From: Fibrobacteria bacterium
Lineage (GTDB): Bacteria; Fibrobacterota; Fibrobacteria; UBA11236
Length of the DNA: 64,000 nucleotides
Direction of reading: 5' to 3'
Assembly (NCBI GenBank): GCA_041746255.1
Contig: JBGTHM010000125.1
Location: forward strand, 1 to 64,000
The stretch's first letter is position 1. Each line of letters starts with the position of its first letter. The notes under the pieces were generated by a model. The model was not told where the DNA came from and did not search any database. It was given only the letters and a program-made list of their open reading frames with translations. Both the position numbers and the translations under genes were made by a program. Positions 58,909 to 64,000 of the stretch are shown here, in pieces.

Positions 58909-60461
58909 TTTGGCGTGAGCGTGACCAGGGGAACCAAAAGTTCTTCGATGGACAGGCCGCCGCTCACCATTTGATCTTTATATTGGGTTACCAGATATTG
59001 AAACTTGTTGGGATAAACGAAGTAGTAGTTTTCCTTGGCGATGGCATAGGATAACTCGTCCGCTTCACCCGGCAAGCCGTAATGGACGGGTGTCTCCACG
59101 AAAAGCACATGTCTTTCGTCGCAGGAAATATCCTTGCCCATTTTTACGCGCGGGTGCGGAGATTTCTCTTCCTGGCAAAAGACTTCGGCCGGGTTTTTGA
59201 CCAATACCGTGCCATGATCGGCGGTCAGGATCACCGTGCGCTTCTGTGCGGAGAAATACTTGAGGATTTCGAACAGTTTCGAGCCGCGAAACCACATTTT
59301 CGTGAGTTCCCGGAACCCTTTTTCATTGGGAACCACTTCCATCATGAGCGGGTTTTCACGGCGAAGCTGGTTCAGCATATCGAAAAATTCGACTACGATC
59401 GTGATAAGGGAATCGGAATCATATTCTTTCAGGTCTTGGTGCAGTTTTTTGCTGTCTTGCGGAAATTGCAGGTGGAATATGCGTGGTTCGTCGTTTTCGA
59501 TGCCGTTGACGCGAAGATTCATTTTCAGCAATTCCCGCTCATAGGGCAGCTTGTCGTCTTCCTCCTGCATTTTTTGCCAGAGTTGGGGCTGCTTGAGGCT
59601 TACCTCGCGGGGGGATTCACCGGAAAACAGGGCGGCCCGGCAAATACTTTTTTCGCTGGGCAGGAGCGCCCAGGAGATGGCATTTTCAATTTTGAAATAG
59701 GGTTCGAGATAATGTTGGATGGAAAGCCATTGATCTTCCCGGAATCCGGCCAGCACCAGTAGGCAAACTTTTTCCCCTTTTTTAAGCAGCGGGAACACTT
59801 TGCGTTTGAGGGCCTGGGTATGCAGTGAGGGGTTACCGCCTTTTTTGCCGAACCACTGGACGTAATTATCCTCGACGTAGGCGTTGAATTTCGCGCTGAC
59901 TTCCTTGCGCTGGTTCCTATGGGTTTCCTCCAGGCCCTGATCGGCTATGGCCTGGAGCTGGTTGTCCCATTTGCAAAGTTGGAAATAAATCTTTTCCCAT
60001 TTGGCCGGCGAAACGTTGGTGAGAAGACTGGCCTTGTTTTCGGAATATTCGCGCACGTAGGAAGAGGTTACGTGATTGTTGCGAATGGCCTTGGAATGGA
60101 GGATGCTTTTGCAAACCGACAGGATTTGGGAGGGATTGACCGGTTTGATGAGGTAGCCGTCGATGTTACGCCCCAAAGCGGCTTCCATCAGGCGTTCTTC
60201 CTCGCTTTTTGTGACCATGACCACGGGTATGCTGGCGTCGAATTCGCGGATTTCCTCCAGGGTGGTGAGCCCGTCCTTGCCCGCCATCTGTTCGTCGAGC
60301 AGGATGAGGTCGTAATTCGTTTCCCTTATCATGGCCAAGGCATCGTCTCCGTTGGTGGCTTTTGCCACTTCGTAGCCGTGCTCCTCCATGAACATGATAT
60401 GCGCGCGAAGGAATTCGATTTCGTCGTCCACCCAAAGCAGGCGATTATTGCCGTTATTCAT
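58905..60461 (-). CDS. porX: PorX-like response regulator (REC + PglZ/alkaline phosphatase domain)
   Basis: LWVDDEI, LLDEQM.GKDG, TKSEEE, YLIKPVNP, TADHG, FVYPN, GGLSIEE; adjacent to tsaE. Confidence 0.85.
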   Translation of the reverse strand: MNNGNNRLLWVDDEIEFLRAHIMFMEEHGYEVAKATNGDDALAMIRETNYDLILLDEQMAGKDGLTTLEEIREFDASIPVVMVTKSEEERLMEAALGRNIDGYLIKPVNPSQILSVCKSILHSKAIRNNHVTSSYVREYSENKASLLTNVSPAKWEKIYFQLCKWDNQLQAIADQGLEETHRNQRKEVSAKFNAYVEDNYVQWFGKKGGNPSLHTQALKRKVFPLLKKGEKVCLLVLAGFREDQWLSIQHYLEPYFKIENAISWALLPSEKSICRAALFSGESPREVSLKQPQLWQKMQEEDDKLPYERELLKMNLRVNGIENDEPRIFHLQFPQDSKKLHQDLKEYDSDSLITIVVEFFDMLNQLRRENPLMMEVVPNEKGFRELTKMWFRGSKLFEILKYFSAQKRTVILTADHGTVLVKNPAEVFCQEEKSPHPRVKMGKDISCDERHVLFVETPVHYGLPGEADELSYAIAKENYYFVYPNKFQYLVTQYKDQMVSGGLSIEELLVPLVTLTPK

Positions 60462-61743
60462 TTATGTTCCTGGTAACCCTGTCTGGTTGGTTGGGCAGAA
60501 CGATGCGGAACTCGGTGCCGACATCGCGCTGCGTCTTCTCAACGTATATTTTTCCTTCGTGATATTCTCCGACTATGCGCCCACAGAGCGGGAGACCCAG
60601 CCCCCAACCCCTTTTTTTGGTGGTAAAACCCGGTTTAAACACTTGTTTCAGGTTCTCCCGGGGAATTCCCTTTCCATTGTCGGCCACCGAAATCAGGACG
60701 CTGTCATCTTTTTCCAGGTACTCCGTTGATATAATAATTAATCCGTCTTTAACTTCAATGGAGTCGACGGCGTTGCGGATGAGGTTTTCGATGACCCAAC
60801 CGATGAGTTCGCGGTTAAACCAGATTTCCGGCAATTGGCCCAGCCGCAGCTCAATATTGATTTTCTTGCCCAAATGCGGCAACCGTGTCCGGAAATAGTG
60901 GCTGGTGAAGGTGATGATGTCGTTGAGCTGTTGTCGCTTGAGGGCGGGGGTGGAGCCGATTTGTGAAAATCGGGTGGCGATACGGTTGAGCCGGGAGATG
61001 TCGCTTTCCATTTCCCCCAATATTTTTAAAAGCCTTTCCGCGTCCTGTTGCGATTCGGCCTTTATTTTCATGAAGTCTATCCATCCCAACAGGGACGATA
61101 TTGGAGTGCCCAATTGATGGGCGGTTTCCTTGGCCAATCCAACCCAGAGAACGCTTTGCTCATGGGAACGGATGATGTAGAAACCGAAATAGCCGATGAA
61201 GCTGAGCAGTAGAATCACCACCAGTTCCACCATAGGCATATAGGATAGGATTTGGATGAGGGGAAGTTCCCCGTAGTGGAGGTAGCCCAGCTTATGCTCT
61301 CCCGTCTGGAGGGGCAGGGGGGTTCTTTCCTGGTCGTATTGCCGAACCAAACCGAGTATGTATTCCCGTTCCCTCTCGCCGAGTTGGTCGAAACCCACGG
61401 GCTCGAGATTCAAATGTTTTTCCCAGAACCGCAGGCGGATGTTGTTCCAGCTGATGGGAAGGTTATTCTGATCGGTGACGACCATGGGAACTTGGGATTT
61501 CAGGACAATCTCATTGAAGATGACGTTGATCTCATCCTTGCTGAGTTGCTCCGCAATGGCCACGGCATAGAGCCGGGCTTCTTTCTCATTGACGTCCAGC
61601 GCTTGGGTTTCCAAGGTGCTGATGAAAAACTGGTTTAATATGATGAAGCAGCCCAGGAGGACCAGGGTGCTGACGAAAAGCAGATAGCGGACGTTGGCCT
61701 GCGGAAGCGAAGCCAACCATCCTTTGAATTTTTTTATCACCAT
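60454..61743 (-). CDS. Membrane sensor histidine kinase
   Basis: Two TM helices, WVGLAKETAHQLGTP (H-box), ENL..NA, DNGKG, GFTTK.RGWGLGL. Confidence 0.92.
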   Translation of the reverse strand: MVIKKFKGWLASLPQANVRYLLFVSTLVLLGCFIILNQFFISTLETQALDVNEKEARLYAVAIAEQLSKDEINVIFNEIVLKSQVPMVVTDQNNLPISWNNIRLRFWEKHLNLEPVGFDQLGEREREYILGLVRQYDQERTPLPLQTGEHKLGYLHYGELPLIQILSYMPMVELVVILLLSFIGYFGFYIIRSHEQSVLWVGLAKETAHQLGTPISSLLGWIDFMKIKAESQQDAERLLKILGEMESDISRLNRIATRFSQIGSTPALKRQQLNDIITFTSHYFRTRLPHLGKKINIELRLGQLPEIWFNRELIGWVIENLIRNAVDSIEVKDGLIIISTEYLEKDDSVLISVADNGKGIPRENLKQVFKPGFTTKKRGWGLGLPLCGRIVGEYHEGKIYVEKTQRDVGTEFRIVLPNQPDRVTRNINE

Positions 61744-61808
61744 GAGCCGGGTCAACCGGCTAAGGTAGGCGATCTTAAACTTCAGAAATCCTCCTCAACG
61801 AAAATCGG

Positions 61809-63077
61809 CTAAGGGACGAGTTCTTTGCGCCCACCCAGATAATGTCGTAAAACCTCGGGTATGAGAACCGTGCCGTTTTCGGTTTGGAAGTTCTCCAATA
61901 AGGCGACCAGTATACGAGGTGTCGCCAGTCCGGAGCCGTTCAAGGTATGGACGAAGCGCATTTGCCCGTCCTTTTTGGTGCGGATATTGGCGCGACGGGC
62001 CTGGAAGTCGCCGAATACGGAAACCGAGGAAACTTCGAGCCAGGCATTGGCGGCAGGAGCGAATACTTCCAGGTCGTAGCATTTGGCGGCGCCGAAACCC
62101 AGGTCGCCGGTACATAATTCCAGCACGCGATAGGGTAACTCCAACATGCGGAGAAGATTCTCACCGTAAGCTCTTAATTCCTCCAAGACTTCCAGGGAAT
62201 GTTCCGGTTCGGTAAACTTCACCATTTCCACTTTGTTGAATTGGTGGAGGCGCAGAAAGCCGCGGGTATCCTTTCCCCAAGAACCCGCTTCCCGTCGAAA
62301 ACATGGCGTGTAGGCGACATAGGATATGGGAAGTTTGTCGGCGGGAATGATTTCGTCCCGGTGCATGTTGGTCACCGGTACTTCGGCGGTGGGAATGAGA
62401 AAAAGACCGTCCTCGCCGCAGGCGTACATGTCCTCTTCGAACTTGGGGAGCTGGCTGGTGCCTACCATCGACTGGCGGTTGACCAGAAGGGGGGGGATCA
62501 ATTCCGTGAATCCATGTTTGTCGATATGGGTATCGAGGAAAAATTGGATGAGGGCACGTTCAAGCCGCGCGCCAATACCCGTGAAAACCGGAAAGCCCCT
62601 GCCGGTTATCTTGGCGCCTCTTTCGAAATCGAACAGTTTGAGGTTGGCGCCCAGGGCCATATGATCTTGCAGCGGAAAGCTGAAATTCCGTCGTTCGCCC
62701 CATTCCGATACCACTTTATTGTCGGACGATCCGCCTCCCAAGGGCACGCTTTCATGCGGAATATTGGGGACCAGCAGGGCCAGTTCCGCGAAGGTCTTCT
62801 CAGCGGAGCCGTATTCTTCCTGTAGCGCCTTGATCTTGTCGCCCAGGGTTTTGGTTTCCGCGATGGAGGCGGTTGCATCCTCACCGGTCTTTTTGAGTTG
62901 CGCGATGCGGTCGGATGCGAGATTGCGCGCATGTTTCATCTGATCGAGCTGGGAACCCAGACGTCGCTTCTCCTCGTCGAGGCGTATCAGGGAATCGACG
63001 TCAACCTGGACGCGACGTGCCTGGAGGGCCTGTTTGATTTTTTCCGGGTTTTCGCGGTAAAGTCGGGGGTCGAGCAT
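61809..63077 (-). CDS. serS: Serine-tRNA ligase
   Basis: MLD, LIPTAEV, FRREAG, HQF.KVE, EVSS, HTLNGSG. Confidence 0.97.
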   Translation of the reverse strand: MLDPRLYRENPEKIKQALQARRVQVDVDSLIRLDEEKRRLGSQLDQMKHARNLASDRIAQLKKTGEDATASIAETKTLGDKIKALQEEYGSAEKTFAELALLVPNIPHESVPLGGGSSDNKVVSEWGERRNFSFPLQDHMALGANLKLFDFERGAKITGRGFPVFTGIGARLERALIQFFLDTHIDKHGFTELIPPLLVNRQSMVGTSQLPKFEEDMYACGEDGLFLIPTAEVPVTNMHRDEIIPADKLPISYVAYTPCFRREAGSWGKDTRGFLRLHQFNKVEMVKFTEPEHSLEVLEELRAYGENLLRMLELPYRVLELCTGDLGFGAAKCYDLEVFAPAANAWLEVSSVSVFGDFQARRANIRTKKDGQMRFVHTLNGSGLATPRILVALLENFQTENGTVLIPEVLRHYLGGRKELVP

Positions 63078-63217
63078 AGAAGAATCCTGTAAAAGCATGA
63101 AATCTAGCTAATTTCGGACCTGCGCCTAATGCCTGCTTTGTATACTATTTTGCTGCGATGGAGCGGTTCCGCGGGTTCGGAGTCGGTTAGTCGAGTTACC
63201 AAGAGGATATGGGAACC

Positions 63218-64000
63218 ATGCAGAAATTCGCACTTCTGGCGCTGTTCATGCCCCTGCTGGCGTGGGGGCAAACTTACGATGTGGTCGGTTTGGTCATGGA
63301 CTCCGATAGGGGAGATCCCCTGGGGTCCGTGCAGGTTCTAACCAAAAGCGGGAGGGAGTTGGGCAGGACCAATTCCCAGGGGCGTTTCGAAGTCGAGGTC
63401 AACAGCAGACAGGCCATCCTGGTTTTTAGAAGACATACCTATCGCGATCTGGAGCTCGACCTCGGTACGCTTCCCGAAATCATTGGTGTGGAAGTGTTGA
63501 TGGAATCGGAGGTCGAGCAGTTGGAAGACGTGGTGGCCCGTGAAAGACAGGTTGTCCGGCGAGACGACTTTCAAGCGCAGAGCATTGAAGAATTGGAACT
63601 CTTCTCGGGCATGAAAATCGATTTGAACGATCATCTCCGCCAATTGGCGGGTGTTTCCGGCATGGGGGAATTCAGCAACGACATCTCGGTTTTCGGGGGC
63701 CGTACTTCCGACGCTACCCATTATCTGGGGCTTTCGCGCATTGCCAGTCTCCGGCATCTCGATATCGGTTTTCCGGGAAATCAAAGCGTTTTGAACCCGC
63801 GGGTGTTGCGCTCAATCAGCGTGGAGGATAACCTCGCGCGGGGTCCCTTGAATCAAGGGAATTCATCCGCCCTGGTCTATGATTTGCGAGAGGGCGATCC
63901 TTATAATATCCACGTCGACCTGGTGTTCGGCACCATCAATCGAGAGCTTAACATGAACGCATACTGGGATGGCCGTACCTATCTGCTCTCAGGCCGTTAC
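63218..64000 (+). CDS. TonB-dependent receptor-like protein, 5' partial (not in the ORF track; appears to run off the window end)
   Basis: MQKFALLALF signal, carboxypeptidase-regulatory-like domain (TNSQGRF), plug-like LRQLAGV…ISVFGG…SVLNP. Confidence 0.75.
   Translation, partial: MQKFALLALFMPLLAWGQTYDVVGLVMDSDRGDPLGSVQVLTKSGRELGRTNSQGRFEVEVNSRQAILVFRRHTYRDLELDLGTLPEIIGVEVLMESEVEQLEDVVARERQVVRRDDFQAQSIEELELFSGMKIDLNDHLRQLAGVSGMGEFSNDISVFGGRTSDATHYLGLSRIASLRHLDIGFPGNQSVLNPRVLRSISVEDNLARGPLNQGNSSALVYDLREGDPYNIHVDLVFGTINRELNMNAYWDGRTYLLSGRY

Noticed and set aside
63338..63784. 148-aa minus-strand ORF
   Set aside because: Antisense to the plus-strand TonB-dependent receptor ORF.
1..64000. tRNA, rRNA, known riboswitches, prophage genes
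   Set aside because: None recognised by eye in the intergenic regions; a tRNAscan/Infernal run would be needed to exclude them.

Overview
Chromosomal window from a diderm bacterium with lipid A genes. Fibrobacterota/FCB affiliation is inferred from T9SS-like sorting tails, porX-tsaE synteny and mcsA/mcsB/clpC. Bases ~1-24,200 are mostly an accessory mosaic: an IS21-type end truncating a PQQ/GSDH-like gene, two paralogous secreted glycoside-hydrolase-like genes, an AbiE type IV toxin-antitoxin pair with a perfect palindromic operator, putA followed by an alanine dehydrogenase stub and a three-fragment relic of a second putA, a sulfatase, a 179-bp MITE, bioB-hisH-hisF and a probable GNAT toxin-antitoxin pair. 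Bases ~24,200-64,000 are mostly core genes: prfB (programmed frameshift), lysS, lolCE/D, mcsA-mcsB-clpC, bamA-skp-lpxD, lpxC-fabZ-lpxA, ppdK, pdxB, cysE, an extended MCE/Mla locus, tsaE, a porX-like regulator, a histidine kinase, serS and a partial TonB-dependent receptor. The most notable observations are: (1) the putA relic; (2) three apparent pseudoenzymes (McsB, the PorX PglZ domain, Ric/YtfE); (3) PPDK with a histone-H1-like tail; (4) an MCE system combining a PqiC-like lipoprotein, an orphan beta-barrel, TolC and MlaC; (5) a T9SS-like domain placed near the N-terminus. All family assignments come from motif recognition by eye; no searches were run.
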